In this document: positions 1 to 13,600 of the stretch, one piece after another
Numbering within the stretch: position 1 is the first letter of the stretch
How the letters are laid out: every line of letters begins with the position of its first letter
Origin: Ascidiella aspersa
Lineage: Eukaryota
DNA length: 64,000 nucleotides
NCBI GenBank assembly: GCA_963924565.1
Contig: OZ004612.1
Coordinates: 14,570,001-14,634,000 of the forward strand
Direction of reading: 5' to 3'
Translations under genes and position numbers: made by a program
Notes under the pieces: generated by a model
The model's database searches: none
The model's input: only the letters and a program-made list of their open reading frames with translations
Told to the model about the DNA's origin: nothing

Positions 1-402
1 GTGACAGATACATACACATACGACCGTGTTCAACAATTGTAATATAGCCCTACTGAAGTCGATTTCTGAACAGCGATGACGGCTCACGTCATCTTTCTAG
101 ACTATTGGTATTAAAACGAACAAAGAATTATTCAAAACATTGACAAAGTCCTAACTAACTTCTGTATGGGAAATGATATTTATTCTACGTCTGGTAGGAT
201 TGCTGCTGGATCAGGAAAATGGACTTAATTGCTATACAAGGTAATCCGAGTAAAAGGGGGGCAAACTTACAAGAAAGTTAATTGAGTTTGTCAATTCGAT
301 CCTATATTTCTTTCAGACAGTTTTACGAATTGAATAAATATTAACGTTGATATGTTGAACCCATATCCGAATCGCAGGTATTTCACATTTCGATGCAATG
401 AC

Positions 403-3400
403 CAGGGACGTGCAGTCAGGGGAGGCAGGTGAGGCAGTGCCTACCGCAAATTTATGTTTCCATACCTAAAGCGTCAGTTTGGGGAGGGCCATGAAATTTT
501 TTCAGATATGACGTCACAATTTTTTCAGATATGACGTCACAAAAGTATATCATTGCGTGATGTCATAATTCAGGTAAAAATAACATGGGCTGGCCGAATA
601 CTCTTAATAACATGGGCTGGCCGAATACAGAAAGGTCTCTGCGGGCCGCACAACATATGTTAAATGAGATTTTGTGTTATTATAACTTTATAACAATTGT
701 GAATCAGGTGGGCCTCGGATTTTTTTGCACTTTAAAAACGTGTTTATAATTACTTTTAAGGAGGCAGTAAAGTATTGGCGCAAATTCGCTAAAAAAGCGT
801 ATACTTGGTTTAAAATTCGAGTCCACACGTCGCCATCCCCCTTCTATATTAAAAAAGTGTAATAAAACTGCTTTGAGAAAACGCGATAAATGTTATAGTT
901 AATCTAGTTTAGTGTTTGTTAACCATTTGGGGCACATCTGGCGATCGAAGCGAGCGCGATTTTTTTGGTATATTACTTTTAAATTTCTTGTTTTTGTTAC
1001 ATTTGAAAAAAAATGGTTAAAAAATATTTGTCGATTATGTTTGAATACGTTTGTCGTTTGTCCGCGACGCCCATTGGCAGCTTTCCACGGCGCAACAGTA
1101 AAGAAGCGCTGATCTAGTTCCAAAAGAGCATCAAAACGTAAACACACTGGATGTATTAAGATCATTAGCGCGAAGCGCGAATATTTTTTGCATTTACACA
1201 CTTAAAATAGTCAAAAAGTATTTAAAATGGACTCGTGTCTAATTTGTCAAAGAGGCGGCGGGCCGGATGAAGTATATTGGCAGGCTGGTTCTGATACAGA
1301 TTTGCATTAACAACAAAAAAGCTTTTAATTGTACTTGGATATAAGTTAGTTATTATATAGTCGAGGTCAGCGTACGGTCACTTAAGCCGTCTCTGCAAAT
1401 CTGAAAAACGCCGCTTTGCGCGAGTGCGGGAAACGAATTTTACAATTTTTTTGAAATATTCATTATATGGCGCCATGAGCTCGTACACCACTACAAAACT
1501 TAAAAATATGTCTTATTTTGGCGAAAATAGGCCATACTACTTAGGGAACCAAGAAAATAAACTGCCTATTAAGTAAAAAACTGTACGTATTTTTTAGTTT
1601 GGGGGGGGCATGGCCATATCTCCCCCCCCTAGATCCGCCCCTGGTTATTCATATCAATCGTTCACGCGGTCAAAATCGTTGAAGTACGCAAAGTGAGGCA
1701 GCGCCAAGCCGTGCCTCTCTTCAGATCACAAAACTTCCATACACTGCATTATGCGAGCCTTTTTCTTTTGCGAATTCTCTCGGAAAACATGATGAACGAT
1801 TTAGCTATGATTTGAGGCAGTGGAGTGCAACCTTTCATACTGCCGGGCCAAATATGTGTATTCGGATTAGACCACGGGCCGCTTGCATATCTCGTCGCCA
1901 AAATGTTAGTGTAGTAGTCGGCAAACTTTTTGTTGCGGCATAAAGTAGTCTTTTCAGAGCTACTTAAAGGCCCACTACGTAAAACCACTACGAAAACAGT
2001 GGCGGATTCAGGGGTTTTAAGGTGAAATATTCTACGATGCTTAATGACCAAAACACTGCCATGCTATATAAAACATTATATAAAAAGTAATATACGCGCC
2101 GAGAAATTTGCGTTTACCTAGGGTTAAAGTTGGCAAAAAGTATAGTTTTACGGGCTTACCAGACCACATTTGGTACGTGCTGAGTCTTTCCAATCTGAGC
2201 CAATTTAAAACATTATATGCCACACCAATTGTTAAAATAAAGTGCAATGAATGTACGGCTATCATGCAGCCAACAACTACGGTACATGATAACACCAAGC
2301 TATTCAAAAATAACTCACGGCCCACAGTTGGCCAACCACTGTGTTAGTGACTACCACAAAAAAATTGCTTACACACGTAGGCTACGTTGAACCGAACAAT
2401 GCTACCTTAAAAGAGACAAATTTTCTCAGCTGTGAAAACTTATTTAGATCGAAGTGTTCGTGGTAAAAAACTACTTTCTAGCTGCGCTGAAAAAAATTTG
2501 TTTCTTTTTTTTACAACTCACATGAACATTGAATATAAAACAATTACATTTCAAATGAGCGAAAAAGATCAAACGGACATTTTTAATATGCTTTCTTTAC
2601 ATGGCCACAAGTAGCTATTCTAAAGCATTTCAAGAACAAAAAAATTGCAGCGCTCAGTTCACTTTCACACAAAGTTGTGCACTTTCCGCAACAACATCCA
2701 AAACACATTTTGTAGTTTTATTTTGTTAGCAGGTCACATTCTATTCTAATATGTTAGCAGGTCACATTCTATTCTAATATGTTAGCAGGTCACATTCTGT
2801 TCTAATATGTTAGCAAGTCACATTCTATTCTAATTTTAATAAACTAAAAAATTACATGCTATATAAGGCGACCTAGACTAAGGAACAGTCAGGAAGTTTC
2901 AATATTTTAACTGAATGTTTAGTGGTGCGGGCCAAAAACCAAAGTACACCGCGGGCCACATATTTTGGTTCCGCGGGCCGCATTTGGCCCGCGTGCCGCA
3001 GGTTGCACGCCCCTGATTTGAGGCATGCCTCAATTGTGACATCCAAGCTATGAAACCTTTCTTTGTCCAGCTTAAATAGTGTGTGTACATTGATTTCTTG
3101 TAGTGTAAAGCTCTAAAGTTGAAGTCATAAATAAAGGCAGACCTGTTGCAAATTTAAAAGTTTTGCATCAGACGACAAAAAAAATAACACGCAACCGTCA
3201 AAGAGATTGATAAACAAATAGTGACTGTTTGGATGTCATGGGCGTAGCCAGGGGGGCCATGGCACCCCCAATAATTTATAAATATTGTACTCTTAATAAT
3301 AATTTGTTTTGTAGCATTTATGAGCAGTAGCCTACCACAAGAGTCGATCACAGGCGTGTCACACCTTCAATTGTCATGCACAGTTACGTCATAAACGATG

Positions 3401-3687
3401 TAGTCATTATACCGTTTGTTATATTAATGTAGTTATACTACTTTTTAGTCATTTTCTTTTTGCTCTCTGAATGGAGTAGTGCGAAAAAAAATCAGTTGCT
3501 TCTCGAAACGGTAGCATTGTTATTTGTGTTCGATACGCAGTTCATACAATGGTAAAAGCTAAACAAAGAAAGTTCAAACTTTATTTTTGTAACATACTAT
3601 ACCGTGTTTGTGTTGTGGTTGTTAAAGAAAAGCGTGACTCGAAAAAATTTGTGCCTCACCAACTAGGAACCTCACCGCACGTCACTG
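403..3687. mobile_element. Composite non-autonomous hAT-type element with nested MITE fragments
   Basis: TIRs CAGGGACGTGCAGTCAGG / CCTCACCGCACGTCACTG; near-perfect 8-bp TSD gcaatgac/acaatgac; internal MITE ends (1622-1642, 2926-3015, 3238-3270). Confidence 0.7.
2724..2834. repeat. 28-bp minisatellite, ~4 copies
   Basis: tgttagcaggtcacattctattctaata repeated in tandem. Confidence 0.9.
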
Positions 3688-6600
3688 ACAATGACAATAT
3701 ATATAGTACACAATTACTCGAAGAAAATATCACAGCAAAGTTATCCGGTTGGGCGTTGTTGTAATGGGAACATGTTACGGAACACCATGGAACATAATTG
3801 CGTTATATTGAGAAAGGCAATTGGCTTCCAAATAACAATGGCGAAGTTTTTTGTCGACAGCGTCATACCTTAATATTTCCAGTCAGAAAAGGATAATAGA
3901 GTTCATCATCAACGGAAATCAATACTAATGCCAATTTTTACAGTCCACAATTTGGTTATACCAAATTAATAAGAATTGCCACGTTATGGCACTATATGTG
4001 GTCCGCACAGGTATCTTAATTGCTTCAAACATTCCGCGACAAGAAACCACGAATCTGTGGTTCCCCAACATGGGTCGCACAGTAACGGTTCTAATCTGCT
4101 AAACATTGGACAAATTTGTCTATGAATTTTTTTTCATTTTACTCAATTTGATTTCATCCCAACGTATTTTCCAAAACAGAGAAGAGAAAAATTCAAGTGA
4201 AACGAACGCGTCGCAACACTTTTAATTTTACCATTTTGGCTCTGTGTGTGTATGAGTTCGGGGAATTTTAGCGTGTCGTTTGTTTATTGTTGACTTTCGC
4301 TGAGACGCCTTGTATCGTTCGATAGCGAGATGGCGCAACTGCAGTGAGCGAATATGATTTGTACAAGCTTAATGAGTTTTAAACGTCTCGAGACTAAAAT
4401 GCATTACGGCTCAGTAAAAATGTAGCCTTAGATTAAAAATGAATAAAATATGCCCTAATGACTGTAATTATTATTGCATATTGGATGTAATTTTAATAAG
4501 ACCAAGTTATGCATGTGTGTACTGTATAGGTCATAATATGGGTATTTAATATTACATGTCAAGGATGCTTGCGTTAAATGTACTATAAATTAATAAACAT
4601 TTAATCATAAGTGTTTCTCTTAGGCGCCGCACAATACTTTTTCTCTCGCCTTACAGTACGATGCGTATTGCAGAATATTTCATTTTTAGTTCTCTCTTGT
4701 TACAGATAGTTTGTTCAATTACCATACCCGCATATTTTTTATAACAAAGCATATGGGATATTTTCCATAAGTAGAATAAAAGAGCTCCAATACGAAATGT
4801 TGTTAGGCCTCTCACAATTCCGCCTCGCTGTTAACTTTGCCTTACTTTGAAATACGGCCAAAATAAAAAATACCGCTTAAATTATACGCACGTTTATATT
4901 ATAACGTTATAACTTAAGACAACGTTTAGTTTAAGATTATTATTACAAATATGATGACGCAATGTATGGCTAAATTGCAAATATTTTTTTTAACTGCAAA
5001 ACCGTCTAAAATTTTAGATTCCTTTATCATATTTGAAATATTGTCCACATTCCCACACACACGCACATATGCGCAACATAAACTCAGCGGGGAAAATACG
5101 GCACAGTGTACAAAAGGCTTCGATCTTTTTGATTTAATGGGTTTTCCCGAATTTAAACACAATGCCGCAAATTTCCAAGTCTTATGAATAGGGCAACTGA
5201 AAGTTTAGACGCAGGCACTTCTTTATTGAGCAACACGACAATCAACGCAGCATTTTGCTATTGTAAGGGCTTTTATTTCCAAGACACAAAGAAAACGCAT
5301 TTATTTACTTAAACAAAGGGTTTGACAGACGAAACTGAAGCACACAAAGTAATGTGTTTAGTCTTTTGGATCCTATTGTAATTACAAGTCGAGGCTCGCA
5401 GCGACAATTCCTTAACAAAATGTTTGTTTCATTGCCGTCCAGATACGTTTCTTCAAGAGAAGCATCGCGGATCAGTACGAATAGGTCGGACACATGTATA
5501 GTGTAACCACGAAGCCTAAGATAAATATGTAGTGACGGTGTTGCGAAATAAAAACGTTGCTTTTAAAAAGTTAAAGCCAAAGTATGCGAAGATTCAGATT
5601 AAACCAGTTGAGTGTGATACAGGCCTGTAGTATTTTTCTGTAAATAAGATGTTGGACACATGTTAAATGTGACATTACTCGAATTAGTTTTAATTGGCCA
5701 TGCGAAACTAGAAACATTCAGATTCGAGCGAAGTACGAAAATAAATTCCTTTTTTGTAGCCTAAATGACAAAAAATACAGTTTTTTTTAGTCTGGATCTG
5801 CACCTTTAAGAAGTGGGCCCATCTGGATCCTCAAGGGTTAGCTTCAGTCGTCCTGTTAAATTTACCTATGAAATCAAAAATCCCTTGACTATCCAGTGGT
5901 TTTTCATCATTTTAGTCGGCGGACTAATTTTTTATTAGCATAGATATTCGCGGACTCAAGTATAGGAATAATGAGCATAATTTATTACAACACTATAACA
6001 GCCAGTTAAAACGCAAAAGCGATTTATTAGTGGACACACTTTGCAATTTATTAAAGTGTTACATGCACAAAAGCCTGCTTTGTAACATAAACATGGCAGT
6101 TTGTACTCATAGAAATTAAATAAAAGTTACAAAGTTGATGTGCTCGCGGACTCACTAGAAACTTTCACGGAATCGAACTGGGAAAACAGTGTACTATGCT
6201 TAGTTCGATTATACAACTGATGTATTTTGTGGTTCGCTTAGCGAAATGCATTTGCTGTTGACAAAAATATAAGTTGAGGTTTGCATAGGGATGTTTTTTT
6301 TTAATGAGCGAGGAACGTTGATTGTTTGACGCCGATGCTTTAATAGAGTAGGCTATACCCATCAAGGGGAATTGAAATCTATTTTTCAAAAAAGAGTAGA
6401 ATAAAAAGTTTAAAAACCTGTACTACAGTACAATATTGAGCAATATATTGTGTTTTGTGTTTATCGACGAGATTTTATGATGTTTTTTGTTTGGAAAAAA
6501 ACTGTTCAACTGTCTCTATCGAACAGTCACTTCGTGATGATGCAGTTGATCTTTGGTTCTTTTAAACTGAATGATGAAATAATATATCAATTGTTCACTG

Positions 6601-7605
6601 CGTTTTAAATAAAATATTACCAACCTCGTTTCATTTACAGATTTATAAAACATATAGCAATAAATATCTGGGCCAATGAAATGCCGTTAGATAGGTACTT
6701 AATTGTACTTGTGACTGTAACACAGTTTTTGTTCACACAGCAACAGTGTTATTTTAGAGCTCCCTTCATAACCGGCGAACAGTATTGGAATTCGCTTTAT
6801 GGTCTATACTCCACATGTAGGTAGCGGTTTTGTATGTTTTATTTTCGTGCGGTAAATAAAGCATGGTATTAATTAAGCATTTATTTTAACAAGTCGATTT
6901 TCTGCTTTAGCTGAACAACTGATAAAAATCAATATTTTTGGTACAGTTTTGTTAGGTTCTTCGTTTGGAAAAAAACTGTTTCAAAACTGATATGTTAAGT
7001 TCAGTTGAACTTGACATAAAAAAAGTGCAAAAGTATGATTTCTTCGAATGTTATGACACAAAATTATTATGATTTAAGAAAATTCAGGGAAATATTTAGA
7101 CTGAAAACCTAAAGATATTGTTCGCTTAACAAAATACAAGCAAAAGTATAAAATATTTCGTAATCGACGCTGTTTAACTTTTGATAGTTGTAAAATTAAA
7201 CAAAGGTCTAACTCTACATATAGCAAAATCAGTTTATATCGGTACTACCTCTGCGTTTTTCATTTATTTTATAGTGTCAGTTTATTTCTCAGCATAGGCC
7301 TATTTATAATATACAGTTTTTATATAATATGGCAATTTTGTTTTTGCCGATTAACTCTGGACTTCTATGTTTAAAACTGTTTTAAATAGTGTCCCTGGAC
7401 AACAGATGGCAAACCATTGACTAGCGTCAAAAATTTGAAATTACTTACTTCTCAAGAAATACAAAACATTTAATGAAATATTTCAGAAATAAATAAATGT
7501 TCCACTAAATCATTAACATAATGTTTTATATTTTTCAAACCAGGGTTGCCCATATACAAACTCCATTTTCTCCCTCCGTATTACAGCTGGGATCAGACGA
7601 TAACC

Positions 7606-10600
7606 ATGTGTTGCGAAAATTGAGTATTATTCGCATTCCTGTATGTAACTATTTTGACTTTGCAGCCGACCGATTTTACGGAATGTGGTCCCATCAATGC
7701 GGCTACGCTTCACGACATTGGATGACATACAACTACGAGTACAGAGTTTCTGATGGGTGTTCTGCTGACGAACAAATACGTTTTATTACCTGCGCGGAAG
7801 ACAGAGGGTCAACCGTGTAAGAAAAGCGACTGCTTATGTTGTTTAATTCCCCTAGTAGCGATAATTATATAGGCTTTCTTATAAATTGTTCGAAATAATA
7901 GCAAATCCCTCCAGTTAGGCCTACCATTCCCGCTACTGTATGTTGATGTTTGTAATGCAGGTCTGTCAGGAGTATCGGGTTTTTCAACGATTCGATTGGC
8001 CAGGATTTCTTCTACAGTGATGTAACTCAGATCAGTATCATAAACGTTCCTTTGCGTCGAGCTTTTCGAAACACCTTTTCAAACAATCTTCAACTAACTC
8101 ATCTGTAAGGAACCATCGAAGTTTTAGGGATATTGTATTTCTGTAAATCATTTGTATTTGCAAATCTATAGAGGAGTGTTATACTGAAACTGGGGTCCGC
8201 AAAACAATTTTCTGGGACCGCGATGCACCTAACAAAAAAATCAACAAGCTCCTGAAGAAGAATTTTTGTTTAATAAACTTTTCAGGCAACTTACTTTTCC
8301 AAACCAAGTTGATTATTAGTTGTCCATGGACGTCATTGCACGCTTCATGTCAAATTGTCCATTGTGACGACATAGTGTTACGTTTTTACAACTTGCTGCG
8401 CTGCCACTGTGGGATATACGGTCACGGTTTTAAAACTGTTCGTGATTGCTTCACTCAAATTAAGTGATTTGCTAGAGGTTAACATAGCCGAGCTTATAGC
8501 AAAGAATCAAGTGCAGCCGTCCCATTGTTACCATTAAACACAACGTGTTATTTTTTGTTAATTTGTGTATATTTTAAGGGACCGTGAGCAATTAAAAAAA
8601 TTGCTGGGGGACCGTTGCGTAATTTTTTTAAAAAGTTTGAGAACTACTGCTGTAGAGTGTCGCGTTTTGAACGAGACGGCGTATTTTTGTCGCAAAGACG
8701 CCACGAGGCGACTTGTTGTAACTGTCTATATGTTATTTGCAGTTTTTTGTGTTTCATAACAAAAACTAATGGCAAAATAAAGGTTTTATGTTGTTTTTTT
8801 TTCAGGACAATTCACGATACGAAATTGGAGGATTTTCCCGATTTCGAATCGAACACAAAACTGCAATGGCTGTAAGTGTAACAAATTACTCCTACTTTAA
8901 CAGAGCATTAGTACGGGTTGCCATATTTGGCAACGTACAAGCACTGACGTATTTCGCAACGCACAATCCCAAACGAGTTATTGTTTGAAGGGCCATAAAA
9001 TATACAGAGTTCATGTCATAACGTGTATAAATTCAAAAGAAGAAACCTGCTGTTTTTGAGCAAATCAAACAAGCAAACCAAATTGAATCAAAACGCTTTC
9101 GTCAAGGCCAATTGTTTTATTTAAATTTTATAGTAACTATATTAATGTAGTGTAGTAACTATATTAATGTAGAAAGAATGTATTTGTATAGTTTATTAAT
9201 CTTTTGGGCGCTAGTCTGTGGCCACATTAAGAAACATAAATATATTTTTAATGTTAGGTTTATTTCTAATGAAGGTATAACGAATGTCGCCTTTTGGCAA
9301 TTTAGCCCAAGCATAGACCAGTGTACGTTGTCCAACTGTATATTTTTTTACGCAAAAATCAAAAATTTAAACATTTGTTTTGCTAAAAATAATTTCACCA
9401 TTACTAATGTAGTTTGAAAGACACAAATATTTTTAGCTATAGGATCTATCCTTCCCCATCTTACAAACACAAGACAGAAAATGACACTTTTAATCATGGG
9501 CGAATACGGGATTGTTGCCATGAAGGGGCATAGGAATTTTTAGATATGAGGTCACAAGTTTTACGTCATAATTTATAACGTGACCTAAAAATATTTCGGC
9601 TTTAAAATAGCTAGAATCCCCTCCAAAAAATGCCAACATTATGCTTTTTACATTTGCGTTTTCTTGCTTATTAGTTTAATAGAATTATATTTTAACGTGA
9701 CTTTTTGTTGTGAGACCTAAATTAAGTGAAAGAATTTAAATTTGTTTCAGCACAAGAATACGTTCTACCTATTTTTATCATAGCTAAATTGACTTTTCGA
9801 AAATATGGTAGACCTCTTCTAAATGTATTAAAGTAGTAAAATTGGGACAGTTTTTACCCTTACTTTTTCATTTGAATATTTTTAAAGAGGCTAAAACACA
9901 TGCTAAATTAAAATTAGAACATCACAGCCTTACCTGTACAGTGTATTAATTAAGTCATGTTTTGACAGTGATCTTAGCAGAAATAACATCTCGTTTTTTC
10001 CGAATCACACTCGCCAACATCTCCCACCCTCTGTCACACATGTGTAAGTATACTGTAGGGCAATTATTTGTCAATAATCTTCCAACAAGGAGAGTCGTTG
10101 CTCATTTTATTTTAAGTCCACAAGTAGCCTTTCAGGTCTTTTTTTCTATTGGCAATAAAGTAACACGGTTTGTACGGTCTCCATAACATTATTTTGATGT
10201 CTTATTTTCCCGCTTCCAAATAAAACCATAGGGCCAAAAATCCAACTAGACCATTCGATTACCAAATATACACATAACTTGTGCGAAAAAAGAGTCGTAA
10301 TCCTTTTGTATATTACTTATGCGAAAAAAATCCCGTAATCCTATTGTAGTGGGGAGAGAATCGTAGCTATTGGTTTTAGTATAGTTACATATTTTAACTT
10401 ATTTTTTTTTACAATTTGCGCAAATACACAAAATGGCTTTGGTTGATTTTTACAATAAGCAAATTGCAAAACATAAATAAGTTACTATAATTGCTTGTTT
10501 TAAGACCTCGTTCAACGATGTGAAGTGCTTTTATCATTACCATTAAAAATCCATAGTTTGTAGACCTCAAACTTCTTTTAAAATAAATTTGTGAACATTT

Positions 10601-13600
10601 TATCACCTTTGTTTTTACTTAGCCCAGCTACTGCAAGAATAGGACGTTACTTAATATTTTTTGTTTACAGAAATTTAATTGAAAACAAAATTTCATGGAT
10701 TCCGCCTGATCTTTTCTCGGGAACAAATATCTCGTTTTTGTGAGTTTACCTGAACTTAACAACTAAGTAGACAATTTGCCTAAACTAAACAACTAAGTAG
10801 CCAATTCTGCAAGAATTATCCTTTCAAATAAAATCTATGTCGAAATTATTTGCAGCACGGTTTACTTCGTACGGCTGATAAAAAAAAATCGAAAACATCT
10901 AAAGTAAAGTTTTTAATGTCAGGCTAAATGTTTTTCCTAGAACTTTTAAGCCATGAATTATTTTAATTGTTACTTTTTCCAGTTTTCATATTATTCTAAC
11001 AAAAATGTTGTTGTTCTCAGAGCTTTGAGTTCAAATGAAATCGGGCCGGTCATTCCATTGCGGACTTTTTTCGATATGCCTAACCTTCGATATTTGTAGG
11101 TATTTTTTTGACAGTTGGTTTTATACCACTGATTTTCAGCTATATTGCAATAAACTTGCTTATTTTTTATCGACTTGATCGTCGCTGTAATCAAATTTTG
11201 TCAATAGATTAAACTATTTTGTAATTTTGTCTTTTTTCTATGATTTAATTAGTGTATCTACCTAGGTCGTTCGATGGTAACAACTTGACTGAATTATCGA
11301 AGTATTCTTTGCAGCAATTTCCGACTTTGATACATTTGTAAGTATAGGATTTGTATAACACATACATTATCCCAAACAGTAAATAAAACAGTGGCAATTC
11401 CACGGGTTATTTTTTTCTAAATACACCTAATTTGGGAGCTTTTTTTTTAAATAGTCCTATAGGCATTTGTAATATGTCTAGTTCGTCGGTTTACTTGTCA
11501 AAACCAAGCAAAATGTATTATTATTTTTTCCATTATTAATTATAACTAATACCGATTACGTTTTAGATTAATCAAATTTATTACATTTAATACTGCCTGC
11601 TTTAGTGTAGGCCTACTCCACGTACTGAATTTACAAAACGAACTTTTGTTGTTTGTATGTTGTAAAATAACACAGCCATGTTTAAATAGAAACCTCAGCA
11701 ATAATGAAATATCCCAGGTCCAGGCCAACGCTTTTCAAGGAATTAAACAGCTAAAAATTATGTAAGTTTTCTTTAAAATATATAGTTGTTACTTTAGGTT
11801 ATATCTTCCCCTAAATATTGCATTTACGTATTATTATGGTATGTGATTACATCAATTTTGGATTCGTTTATTTTGGTTTCCGAATAAAAAAACTTCAAAT
11901 CATAAACAGAACCTATTTTATAGAGATATTGAGTATTACATATTTAGGTGAACGTTAAGTGGCATTTCATTCATCTTGGAAGTGTAAAATAATATGTCCT
12001 ATGGTATAGATGTCCGTATTAATACCAAAAACAGGGAAAGATACACAATAATATTATTGTAAGAAATCGAACACCTGTCTAAAACTGCGCTAATTTTATG
12101 GTAAATTTTATCTTAGTGAGTTACACGGAAACAAAATCGGTAGGCTTGGATCATGTGTTTTCAACAACCTCCCTGATCTTCTTCACATGTAAGTATACAT
12201 GTAAAAGTCGAGTTAAAACAGCTATATATAGAAAAACGTGTTCAAATCCTACCTACTTTATACAGCGATCTAAACCATAACGAAATGACTGAAGTGGTGG
12301 AAAAAACGTTTAGCAACCTTCCCAGTCTAAAAACGCTTCGTTTGCACAATCAGCAAATAACCCACATCCACCCACAGTCGCTGCATAACATAAATGCACT
12401 TGAAGAGATCTTTGTTAGCAGTAATCTTTTACCGCTATTTCCTCATCACGTATTTGAATATAAAATCTGGACTTCTTTGAGACACATGTAAGTTGGCAAA
12501 TGTATTTTCTATTAAACCTCAAAAAAATATAACAATATTGCTTGAGTACTAATAGCTATAAGGAATAAAATGTCTGCCAAATTCGAATGAACATTGACAC
12601 ATTTTTAAGTAATACCTATTTTCTTATAGACATGCGGACAATAACGCCATTCGTGGTTTAGTGGAGTATTCGGCAACCTCCGAGTACGGAATAAACTGGC
12701 AAAAATGGAGGCGACTAAACGAGACCTTTGAACCCTTTCGGAATTTATCAAGTCTCCAAACATTGTAATTTTCTCTACTAACGTATCTTATATCAGCTTA
12801 TTTAAACATACGTTTTATAGACGTATTAAATACATTTTTTTCTACTGAAGTTATATTTGTCGTCTTGCTTAATAATATCCGTGATGTGCGAAAATTATTT
12901 CTAGGTTTTTGCACAACAATCAAATTTCCAACTTGGAGGAGAATACCCTCTGCAACATCCCGGCCTTATATCATTTGTCGTTAGGGGGAAACCACTTGAC
13001 ATCATATTCGATCAACCCACACTTCTTCAAATGCGTTCCACAACTAGGTATACTCAACCTGGAGAGCAATAGGTAGCTGATCTTTTACCTAAAAGCTGGA
13101 AATCAAACAGACGAGTGTACATTCAATAAACCATAACACTGTTTCATTTTTAAGGTTTCAATTTATACCAGAAGCAATCGCTGACACAAACTTTCTAAAG
13201 GAGCTAACTATATTGTACCTTCAAAGGTCTGTCTGAATCAGGTTGCTTTTGAAAAACCCTGCTTATAATATTCACATTCTAAACTTTGTTAAAAAATAGA
13301 AACAAGTGTTTCTTGACTGATTTGTGTCATTAGGGGTCTATATAGCCTATCATTCAAGAAAACGTTCTAGCTCATATGGCCTGGGAAATCTCTCACTTTT
13401 GGGTTTTAACAGCTGACAGTGTCATCTAATGTCAATTTACTATAGGCCAATATGTGACATATGCTTTTAAATTCTCAAAAACCACAACAAATCTTTATGA
13501 AAGAAATTACGTTTTTAATTTACTTGTTATTGTAGGTTAACCTTCTGTTTAAAGAGTAACTGTAGAAGTAAAATCAACAACATTTTTACTTCACGAATAT

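Noticed and set aside
899-6400. Numerous 60-100 aa ORFs upstream of mega-TSP
   Set aside because: No domain motifs or consistent splice chain; many lie within MITE-derived sequence.
7329-7385. ATG MAILFLPINSGLLCLKLF as the signal-peptide exon
   Set aside because: It ends in an in-frame stop with no convincing donor.
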